This document shows, one piece after another, positions 12,617 to 22,391 of a DNA stretch of 32,719 bases. Below the pieces are notes generated by a model. The model had not been told where the DNA came from, ran no database searches, and worked only from the letters and a program-made list of their open reading frames with translations. How positions within the stretch are numbered: position 1 is the stretch's first letter; each line of letters begins with the position of its first letter. Source of the DNA: Macrostomum lignano (Eukaryota); the NCBI GenBank assembly GCA_002269645.1, contig NIVC01002807.1, forward strand, positions 1 through 32,719, read 5' to 3'. A program made the translations under genes and the position numbers.

Positions 12617-13516
12617 CTGTGGTCAGATATACTGATGCCTCTGTGTCAGATACCGATGGCTCCTGTGTCAGATACCGATCGCCCCTGTGTCACCCACCTG
12701 TGTCAGATACTGTCACCTTGTGTGAGATATTGTCAGATACTGCCACCTTGTGTGAGATATTGTCAGATACTGCCACCTTGTGTGAGATATTGTCAGATGC
12801 TGCCACTGTGTGGGAGATATTGTCAGATGCTGCCACCGCGTGGGAGATATTGTCAGATATTGCCACCGCGTGGGAGATATTGTCAGATATTGCCACCGTG
12901 TGGGAGATATTGTCAGATGCTGCCACCTTGTGTGAGATATTGTCAGATACTGCCACCTTGTGTCAGATACTGCCACCTTGTGTGAGATATTGTCAGATGC
13001 TGCCACCGTGTGGGAGATATTGTCAGATGCTGCCACCGTGTGGGAGACATTGTCAGATGCTGCCACCGTGTGGGAGATATTGTCAGATGCTGCCACCGTG
13101 TGGGAGACATTGTCAGATGCTGCCACCGTGTGTCAGATATTGTCAGATATTGTCAGATATTGTCAGATATTGTCAGATATTGTCAGATATTGTCAGATAT
13201 TGTCAGATGCTGGCACCGTGTGTCAGATATTGTCAGATGCTGGCACCGTGTGTCAGATATTGTCAGATGCTGGCACCGTGTGTCAGATATTGTCAGATGC
13301 TGGCACCGTGTGTCAGATATTGTCAGATGCTGCCACCGTGTGGGAGATATTGTCAGATGCTGCCACCGTGTGGGAGATATTGTCAGATACTGTCGCCTTG
13401 TGTGAGATATTGTGAGATACTGCCACCGTGTGTCAGATATTGTCAGATGCTGTCACCGTGTGTCAGATAGTCGCCTTGTGTCAGATACTGATGCTGCGCC
13501 TACATGTCAGATACTG
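12617..13516. repeat. Minisatellite, 30 bp unit TGTCAGATGCTGCCACCGTGTGGGAGATAT, with a pure 10-mer run (TGTCAGATAT)x7 at 13131-13200
   Basis: Units read directly; shares the TGTCAGAT core with the 10714-12198 array. Confidence 0.96.
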
Positions 13517-15684
13517 TAAATGCACCCCGTGTCGGATTACAGTCAGACGTCGCGATTTGGGTGGACATTTGGACCCCAATCCTTAATAACTATTGCGTAA
13601 ACTGAAGCTGTACCAATACCAAGACGCTAATTTTAAAACAGTTTCGTAAAATTATGCCTAAAAGAGTCAATTTGTTTTTGTCAACGTCCACGACAGCGAC
13701 CCCAAAAAAATTATAGAAAAGTAAAAAAGATTAAACTAAAATCTATCGATCTGACAAATGACTAGCCAGTAGCCACTACTATTTTTTTATCTAAGACTAC
13801 GACACCCCTGTCTGTAACACTCTTCTCTCAGCCTGCAATGCAAACTACGAGTATAACTATACAGGCTGATCTTGTACGAGAGTTAATTACACCGCCTATC
13901 GTGATAATGCCTTGTACAGCTATTTAGCGGAGAGAGATTATTATGGGGTGGGGGTTGGCGCTAGACTGAGCCATCCGATTCATAGCCGGCATTCAAGTCA
14001 AACAAAAACGCTGACACTGGCCGGCAAGGACGAGCTTAACAAGTGCCCTGGCCGTCCAAACTCCAAGACCAAAACTCCAGGGCCGGTATTTCAACTTGAA
14101 TTCTATTCCTTCCTTAATCTTAACTGGCGCAAAATAATTCAGTCAGTCAGTGGCTGCCTGCTGCGGGCACAGCAGTGGGTTGGTGGGTGCTGCTGTCCTG
14201 TGCATGAAAATTCAGATAGAGAGGCTAGATTAGGGAGGAGAGGAGTGAGCTATGGGGTGTTGGGGCTGCGGACAAACCAACTGATAAGGAAGCCTCCAGT
14301 CCGCCCCCCCCCTTAGTTGATGTTGGAAAGGCCTGTAGAGTAGAGAGAAGTAACGTATTATTGGCCATTGAGTGCAAAACCTGGGCCGACTGTCGTTCTC
14401 AATTCGGGCTCCGGCATACATTTAAGACTTGTAGAGGAGCTTTGCAATCTGCTTTCGCATGCAGCCAGTGAGCCAGCACCCAGTGGAGTTCTTACAACAA
14501 AGAGCTTAGAAAGAGAAAGAGCGTGGTGAAGGGTTAAAAAAAACACTTTGAAAGGCGGAACTGTGCAGTGCGCACGGCACGGGGTGAAGGGTGGACCATA
14601 AAAACTGAGGCATAGGCGGTGGGGGTGAGGGCGCGCATTGGTATACTCACTGGCAGGCCGAGTCATGCCACGGCGTGCAGCTGTGCACATTAAAAAACCG
14701 CTCCCTTAGCAAGAAGGATAGGAAACCGGCCTCCGCCACCGGCTCTTTGGGGGTTCGTCATTCAGCTTAGGGCCGTAGGGCGTCTCTCTCATTCGCGTTT
14801 TTATCTCTAATAGTTGAGTTATTACACACATATGAGAGTATTTGGAGCTGGCGCCATGTATACAGGGGGGGGGGTTGCATCTCAATGCTCAATTTCCTAA
14901 TTGCCTTCCCAAAACCATATAGGCAGCCAACTAAATTAGCGTAGACTCACTAAACTAATTTGATCTTATTATAAAAGTACATCGACAGCCCTGGATTAGC
15001 AGTAACAGTTTAGTGATTCACTTATTCACGAATCAATACTAGGAGCTACTTACTAGCTAGTTCCGGCGACCCCCCTCGCCCGAACATAACAAGTGTCTAA
15101 GGCTAATCAAGTCCGGATCAGCGGCCCAGCAGTCAGTCACTCACTCACTCGCATTGTCACAGGGACTTACAGCAGCACAACATTCCCTCCTATCCCTAAT
15201 TCTTTCATTCTCCTTTCTCTTCCTCGTCCAATGGAGTGTGTGGACGTAGCCTCTCCGCTCTCCCCCCTTAAGCTATCGGAGCAGGGTGGGGGAGGGTGCT
15301 GGGCCACTGCGGGCGTTCCGCCGCAAACCCCCCTCCCCCCCAAAACCTGACCCCGCGAGGGTTGGTTTATGATTTAGTATGTTTGTTGAGGGTGCAGTGA
15401 GAGAAGGAGAGAAAAGAGCGAAGACACCCCAAAGCCAGCGGCAGCCCGAGTCCGAAGTGACAGCCGAACGGAGCTAAGGATATCTCGGGCAAGCAATCGC
15501 TCTATTGTAATTGTAATGTCCTCAGACCTTGGCCTAAACTGTCTGCTACAGCCTGTGCCACTTGCTTCTGGCGACTGCGTCTACTTGTCTGCAGTCTAAT
15601 CTGTGCTTTAACCGCTTAAAGAGTTAGTTCTTCCTGTATAAATTAAGAGTAAAATTCGAGCCCAAGCTGCTGCGACAGCGCCCA

Positions 15685-17505
15685 ATGTCAGACACAGAAG
15701 AGAGCATATGCGTCGATCAAGTCAATGCTGCTGCAGAGGCCCCCACGCTAGCAGAATTTAATAAAAACAGTAGCAGCGGCCCAATGCCAATGGACCTGAA
15801 AGTGCTGCCTGATGACAGCAAGCTGCGCCTGCGCACCGAGTCCGAGCCGGGACAAGGCGATGATAATGACGGAGAGGGCGAAATCCATAACAAAAAGCAC
15901 GATGACAGAGCCGACGAAGGGGCCGACGGTGACATTGATGACGAAGACGACGGGCCGAGTCATTATCGGAGGCTGGACGGCGCTGTAGACAACAACGCGG
16001 CTCTAGCCGACGAGGACAAATCGACGTCCAGCCCTTGCTCGGTGCCGGATTCCGCCGTCGGCTGCCGCGACCGCGACCTGCACTCGCTGGAGATCGAGCG
16101 GGCCTGCATGGAGTCGCAGGGCGAGGTCAACGTCAAATGGGACATCACGCGAAAGAACAAAACCAGCATAGTGATCAACGGCTATAAGATGACGGAGAGT
16201 CGGGCTGGCAAGGACGGCCGGATATTCTGGCGCTGCAGCAAGCGCTTCTGCTCGGCCACGGCCATCAGCCTCGGCCAGCGGCTGCTGTCCGTACGCCAGG
16301 TGGACGAAGCCCGATTTCATAATCATCCGCCGACTGGCCGAGAGGAATTCTTTCGAGGCGACTTCAGCACGCCGGGAACATCGACCAGCGTCACCGTCAA
16401 GTGGCCGGTGCTGCGCGCCTCTTCAGCTAGAGGATCGGCGACGGCGCAGATTCCAAAGTCGGCGTCGAAGGCAGCGGCGGCGTCAGGTGGTCCGGACGAG
16501 CTGCAGTACGCTGACGGAATGGTTCAGGCATCGCAGGCCGACGAAGCCCTTCCTGCAGCGGCGGCGGCAGCCGCTTCGATGGCAGCAGCCACGGCGGCGA
16601 TGCTGCCCTCCTCGCAGGCGCAGACGGTCTCTTCGCTGCTGGCAGCTGCGGGTGCATCGCAGCTGCACCTGGGACAGCAGCAGCAGCAGCACTATCAGCA
16701 GCAGCAACTCCAGCAGCACCTGTATAACAGCGCCAAGCGAATGCGCCACGGCTCAATTGAAAGCGGCGGCAGCAGCACCGGCACCTCCGAGGCCGCCCTG
16801 TCCGACCCACTGTGCGCCAGCCAGCAGCGCCAGCAGCTCGACCAGCTGAGGGCGGCATCCGGCGGCCTGGTGCCATCAAGCGCCGCCGCCGCCGCCGATG
16901 TGCACAAATCATTTTTATCGCTGGCCTCGAGCTTGGGCCTACCCTATTCTGGCCTGTTTCCCAATTCGCTTCCAACGGAGCCCATTGCTCCACACCAGCA
17001 GCACCAGCAGCAACTGCATCGGCTGCAGCACCAGCACCAGCACCAGCAGCACCAGCAGCAACTGCATCGGCTGCAGCACCAGCACCAGCACCAGCAGCAG
17101 CAGCAGCACAGTTACCAACCAAATGGCAGCAATATGCAGACTATCAAGTCGTATCACTCGATATTTAATCCGCCACAGCCAATGCCGATGCTGCACCAGT
17201 CGCCGAGGCATCATCAGCAGCCGCTGCCACCGCCGCAGCCGCCGGCTGAAGCCACAGCCTCGCCGCTGAAGGAGGCCCTATCCCAGGTGGATAACTTCCA
17301 GCTGCAGCGCCAGCTCAGACGACTGGACGGCTATTTCCGGTCGGGCATTGTTGCCCTGACGGACACGCTCACGGGGCACCAGGGCGCCGCAGCTGCCGCC
17401 AATGACGCCGATTTTGTAGCCTGGGAGCGGGACAGCATGACCCGCCTGTTCGCCTACATGGATGGCCTTGAACGGGTACAGAAGCTGGCCAGTGACCTGC
17501 CGTAG
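15685..17505 (+). CDS. FLYWCH-type zinc-finger protein, 606 aa, apparently single exon; acidic N-terminus, Ala/Gln/His low-complexity middle, helical-looking C-terminus
   Basis: Long non-repetitive GC3-rich ORF. Motif TRKNKTSIVINGYKM...IFWRCSKRFCSATA...HNH fits the FLYWCH pattern (aromatic..W-x-C-x4-C-x~22-H-x-H). Confidence 0.85.
   Translation: MSDTEESICVDQVNAAAEAPTLAEFNKNSSSGPMPMDLKVLPDDSKLRLRTESEPGQGDDNDGEGEIHNKKHDDRADEGADGDIDDEDDGPSHYRRLDGAVDNNAALADEDKSTSSPCSVPDSAVGCRDRDLHSLEIERACMESQGEVNVKWDITRKNKTSIVINGYKMTESRAGKDGRIFWRCSKRFCSATAISLGQRLLSVRQVDEARFHNHPPTGREEFFRGDFSTPGTSTSVTVKWPVLRASSARGSATAQIPKSASKAAAASGGPDELQYADGMVQASQADEALPAAAAAAASMAAATAAMLPSSQAQTVSSLLAAAGASQLHLGQQQQQHYQQQQLQQHLYNSAKRMRHGSIESGGSSTGTSEAALSDPLCASQQRQQLDQLRAASGGLVPSSAAAAADVHKSFLSLASSLGLPYSGLFPNSLPTEPIAPHQQHQQQLHRLQHQHQHQQHQQQLHRLQHQHQHQQQQQHSYQPNGSNMQTIKSYHSIFNPPQPMPMLHQSPRHHQQPLPPPQPPAEATASPLKEALSQVDNFQLQRQLRRLDGYFRSGIVALTDTLTGHQGAAAAANDADFVAWERDSMTRLFAYMDGLERVQKLASDLP
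16993..17088 (+). repeat. Exact 48-bp in-frame tandem duplication in the FLYWCH CDS (HQQHQQQLHRLQHQHQ x2)
   Basis: 16993-17040 is identical to 17041-17088. Confidence 0.93.
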
Positions 17506-18470
17506 TCTGAGCTGAATCCGGAACTTTAGCTTAATACTCGTTTATTTGCGCCAAAACCGTCTCCGCACTACTCGGTGAGTTTTACTTGGAGTTTCTGCTG
17601 CCGCTATATGATGTTGCTCTGGTTATTTGTTTCACTAAGCTCCCCTGCTAAACACTACCGCATTGCTGAATAGGGAATTTGTTTTTTGTTGTTGCCTGCC
17701 CCTCTTTTTCTTTGCAAAATTTTGTCTCAAATCTTGCAGCATTCACATTCTAATTTGTGCTCACTACACTACTACTACTACTACTAGCAGTAGCATGGAT
17801 TGCGAACTGCATTCTCGTTAAACAATTTAGTTTTTTACACAAATTTTTATTGAAACGGAATTTTAGCTAAAATCTATCACGAAGAACGCAATTGACAATT
17901 AAGTTTTACTGGCAAAGTCGTCCTTATGGTGCAGCTATAAATGTAACTCTCTTCTATCCTTCTGATGCTCATTGTCCTCAGTTTTTTGCCATTTCGCCTT
18001 GCTCCATCGCTTCCCATTTAGCAATGTTTTCAGCGTTTCCGGTGCTTATTTCTTGTCGAATAACTTATTGTACCCCCCCCCGAGTGACCCCAGACTGTGC
18101 TCAAAGTCGTTTACTATTTTGTATGTTATGTAGCTCAATGATTATTACCAAGGAAGGCCTTTGAGGTGCTACAGGTAGCTAACCTAACAATTACATTTAT
18201 ATTTTTCCCATTTAAAAGTAGCTTAAAATTTAGCAACGAACTGTTCAGCTTTCTGTTCAAGCTCGCACTGAATCAGTCTTCTGCATAACCCGCCTTTATT
18301 TATTGCCATATCGCTGCTCGCCCTTTGAAACCCGGTTGGAGTCATGCAATCTATTATTGTTTTTGTTGCATTAGTTTACAGGCAATACAAGAAATTCTGT
18401 GCTCGTGTGGCATTTTCATTCATTGGCATTGACATATCATTGACATGCTAGCGCTGGGACTCGGATTCAG

Positions 18471-19068
18471 AGGATTTCAGGATGGGGATTCGAATTGGGG
18501 ATTTCAGGATGGGGATTCGAATTGGGGATTTCAGGATGGGGATTCGAATTGGGGATTTCAGGATGGGGATTCGAATTGGGGATTTCATAATGAGGATTGA
18601 ATTGGGGATTTCAGGATGGGGATTCGAATTGAGGATTTCATAATGAGGATTGAATTGGGGATTTCAGGATGGGGATTCGAATTGGGGATTTCATAATGAG
18701 GATTGAATTGGGGATTTCAGGATGGGGATTCGAATTGGGGATTTCATAATGAGGATTGAATTGGGGATTTCAGGATGGGGATTCGAATTGGGGATTTCAT
18801 AATGAGGATTGAATTGGGGATTTCAGGATGGGGATTCGAATTGAGGATTTCAGGATGGGGATTCGAATTGGGGATTTCAGGATGGGGATTCGAATTGGGG
18901 ATTTCAGGATGGGGATTCGAATTGAGGATTTCAGGATGGGGATTCGAATTGGGGATTTCAGGATGGGGATTCGAATTGGGGATTTCAGGATGGGGATTCG
19001 AATCTGAGATTTCAGGATGGGGATTCGAATTGGGGATTTCAGGATGGGGATTCGAATTGGGGATTTCA
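18471..19068. repeat. Minisatellite, 27 bp GGGGATTTCAGGATGGGGATTCGAATT with a 26 bp variant GGGGATTTCATAATGAGGATTGAATT, ~22 copies
   Basis: Units read directly. Confidence 0.97.
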
Positions 19069-19922
19069 CGATTTGGATATAGAATTGAGGATATAAAAGA
19101 AATTTAATTAGTTCTAGCTCAATAGTTCCACCGTGCCATGAAAGCAATGATGCTACAGTTGTCACTAACCGAAATCATGTTAACTTTTATTCATAGCAGT
19201 TTTACACTGAAACATTTCTCCTGTTAGAGTAGCTTAAAATGGCTTCAATTTCGTGGCCAATACATACATACACATTTTTACCAAAACTGCAAAGCTTGTG
19301 TGTGCCCAGTTAGTCCAATAGTTTAAACAGCCACCAAAAGGCTCCCGTTAACCAAGTTGGTGCGCGTTAGCGCACTCAGTGTACACTTTTATTACTGTTA
19401 CTGCACTTGTTATACCCTGTGTACTTTTTTCTGTCTATGAACTTTTGTCGATGGCTGATCATTTCTTTTGCGATTTAAATTTGAAAAATTAAATTTTATC
19501 CAGCATAGGTGCTGCTGGCACTCTGCAAATCGCACAGGTAAACCGTGCGTCTGTATCATACATCACGGATACTCAATGTTTTTAGTTGAATTTTCTTATT
19601 GATCTGTGCATTGGGGTCACGTCTGCCCATTTTATGGTGGGGGGGGGGACAAAGCCAATATGTTTAGATGTACATTTTTACATAACTAAATTCCTACATG
19701 TACATTATTTTCAGAATCGGTGTTGTCAGAGTTTATTTTGGCGTCGCAGGCACTCATTTTGGTGCCATGAAGCAAAATTATTGATTTCCATAACGGGTCC
19801 CAACCACAGGGTGGGTTGGGGAGACAAAGCATTGGCAAAAAACCATAGCTTATACTCGGGGACATGTCATGCCCCCCGGTGGCCTTGCCCCTGGACATGT
19901 TGCAATGACCTGGATCACCTTG

Positions 19923-20281
19923 ATGACTAACTCACTTGAGTGTGACCAACTCACTTGGGTAATGACCAACTCACTTGGTTAATGAACAACTCACTTGGTT
20001 AATGAACAACTCACTTGGGTAATGACCAACTCACTTGGGTAATGAACAACTCACTTGGGTAATGACCAACTCACTTGGGTAATGACCACCTCACTTGGGT
20101 AATGACCAACTCACTTGGGTAATGAACAACTCACTTGGGTAATGACCAACTCACTTGGGTAATGACCACCTCACTTGGGTAATGACCAACTCACTTGGTT
20201 AATGAACAACTCACTTGGGTAATGACCAACTCACTTGGGTAATGACCAACTCACTTGGGTAATGACCAACTCACTTGGGTA
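19923..20281. repeat. Minisatellite, 20 bp unit AACTCACTTGGGTAATGACC, ~18 copies
   Basis: Units read directly. Confidence 0.97.
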
Positions 20282-20949
20282 GTTACCTAATTAACGCGAG
20301 ACAGCATGTGTGCACTTAAGACTCATGCATTTAAGATTCGCGCTTAATATTGCGTCCCGGGTGCTGAAGTGCCGTGAGAACCCAAATAAACAATGAGCAA
20401 AGAACACAAACGCGTCTCAATAAGCGAGTTTTAAGTGACGAAAAGGTTAGAAATACGCCGAGGGCACAACTGCGCATAGATGCATCTATTTTTAACAAGG
20501 AATAAATAATTCTTAAATAAATTAACTTCCAAAGCACACATGAACATCAGCTGACTGCCAGCATGACTTCAGAATAGCAGGTCTAGTTAAAATTTGCATG
20601 ATACATTAGCCATGCATCATAAATAACTGGGCAATTAAAAAATTTACCCATTCAAGCCTCATTAGGTGCTTCAACAAGTTTAACGTAGACGTAAAAACGA
20701 AATTAATATTATTGAAAAAAAAGTTCGGTATAAACCTAATACTCGTAGCAAGACGAAAGAAACTAAAAGAAAACTAATTGAAGCATTAGGCGCAACTAAC
20801 AACATTAAGACATACATATATATTGTAGCTAAATATGAGATTTCGTTCATACATCGGCAGATGCCTTTTGAAACAGAGATCGGAAAGCGTCTTCACATTT
20901 GCCATATGAGGTCAGGTAAAAAGACCAGTTCATGGCTGCAAGCCAGGTG

Positions 20950-21744
20950 AGAGGGGAGGGGAGGGGAGAGAGGGGAGGGAAGGGAAGAGAGGAGAGTGGA
21001 GGGGAGAAAGAGGGAGAGAGAGGAGAGGGGAGGGAAGGGGAGAGAGGAGAGTGGAGGGGAGAAAGAGGGAGAGAGAGGAGAGTGGAGGGGAGGGAAGAGA
21101 GGAGAGTGGAGGGGAGAAAGAGGGAGAGAGGAGAGGGGAGGGGAGGGAAGAGAGGAGAGTGGAGGGGAGAAAGAGGGAGAGAGAGGAGAGGGGAGGGAAG
21201 GGGAGAGAGGAGAGTGGAGGGGAGAAAGAGGGAGAGAGAGGAGAGGGGAGGGGAGGGAAGAGAGGAGAGTGGAGGGGAGGGGAGAAAGAGGGAGAGAGAG
21301 GAGAGGGGAGGGGAGGGAAGAGAGGAGAGTGGAGGGGAGGGAAGAGAGGAGAGTGGAGGGGAGGGAAGAGAGGAGAGTGGAGGGGAGGGAAGAGAGGAGA
21401 GTGGAGGGGAGGGAAGAGAGGAGAGTGGAGGGGAGGGAAGAGAGGAGAGTGGAGGGGAGGGAAGAGAGGAGAGTGGAGGGGAGGGAAGAGAGGAAAGTGG
21501 AGGGGAAGGAAGAGAGGAGAGTGGAGGGGAGGGAAGAGAGGAGAGTGGAGGGGAGAAAGAGGGAGAGAGAGGAGAGGAGAGGGAAGGGGAGAGAGGAGAG
21601 TGGAGGGGAGAAAGAGGGAGAGAGAGGAGAGGGGAGGGGAGGGGAGAGAGGATAGAGGCTTCACTTAGTTATAGGGGGCATCGTTCGGCGGATGCAGCGA
21701 GGAGGCGGAGAGAGGGGAGGGGAGGGAGGAGGGGGAGAAGAGAG
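20950..21744. repeat. Polypurine (G/A) low-complexity tract with a 24 bp core GGAGGGGAGGGAAGAGAGGAGAGT x10 (21307-21546)
   Basis: Almost purine-only + strand over ~700 bp, with a second short patch at ~21700-21744. Confidence 0.95.
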
Positions 21745-21918
21745 CAGACACAAACCCCGAACAGGCCGGACAGAGGCTTCGCGGGCCCTGATTAAAAGTC
21801 TTTTTATAACACAATTTAAAAGATTTGAAAACGAAATCAAACGAAAAAAGGGCCAGAGTCGAATAAGCAAAGGTTAGGGCTCGAAAAGTTTAGCGAGGTT
21901 ATAAAAAATTAAATTAAT

Positions 21919-21924
21919 TTTATT
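21919..21924 (-). terminator. Probable polyadenylation signal (AATAAA) of the malic enzyme gene
   Basis: AATAAA on the - strand about 60 nt after the TAA stop. Confidence 0.5.
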
Positions 21925-21984
21925 AAGAAACTACTTGTGAGTAGTTTTCTTAAATAGTATAAATCGAAAATGACAACCATTATC

Positions 21985-22391
21985 TTAGACAGCTTTGCAG
22001 TGATCGGCCGGCCAGTCGTACGGCTCGGGCACAATGTCTGGGTAATCTGTCCGGTACACTCGGTCGCTGATGTAGGCCGGCAGGTCAGGAGGAGCCTGGC
22101 CAATACCGGCTAGTCCGTGGCGCAGGGCGTGCTCAGCTACTTTGACGGCGATCTCCAGACTGACTGCCTGAATGTCAGCCAGAGGCGGGTACAGGCGGCC
22201 CTCGGCCAGGTGCTGGTCGGTGACCAGGCCGGCTAGGGTCTGCGCGGCGCGGAGGAACACCTTGTCCGTGATTGGCCGGATTCCGCAGGCCACGATGGCC
22301 AGGGCTACGCCAGGAAAGATGTAGGCATTGTTGCCCTGGCCCGGGTAGAGCACAGTGCCATTGTCCAGCTTCACTGGGCCGAATGGCGAGC
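21985..22391 (-). CDS. ME1: Malic enzyme exon 5 (SPFGPV...HCKAV*)
   Basis: CCGCAG| acceptor; TAA at 21987-21985. Confidence 0.94.

Noticed and set aside
10699-13470. Long Cys/Asp-rich ORFs (478-510 aa and 283 aa) as metallothionein- or adhesive-like proteins
   Set aside because: All three + frames are open simply because the units lack stops; frame-breaking unit-length variants are common; no unique coding sequence or splice context.
15637-15643. TATA box (TATAAAT) for the FLYWCH gene
   Set aside because: Such hexamers are frequent in this AT-rich DNA and no TSS evidence is available.
15717-17269. Antisense and alternate-frame ORFs overlapping the FLYWCH gene
   Set aside because: Expected shadows of GC-rich, CAG-rich coding DNA.
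18775-19165. ELGISGWGF-repeat ORF; similarly 9974-10159 (NLYDRGGLDWI) and 31954-32139
   Set aside because: In-frame translation of short tandem units with no independent gene evidence.
19609-19893. Second hAT-like MITE (G-runs, GGGGACAAAG twice, ends CCCCTG)
   Set aside because: TIRs do not pair convincingly and the flanks match only 5/8; possibly an old remnant but unsupported.
20930-21795. Glu/Arg/Gly-rich and Pro/Leu/Ser-rich ORFs
   Set aside because: Translations of the polypurine tract.
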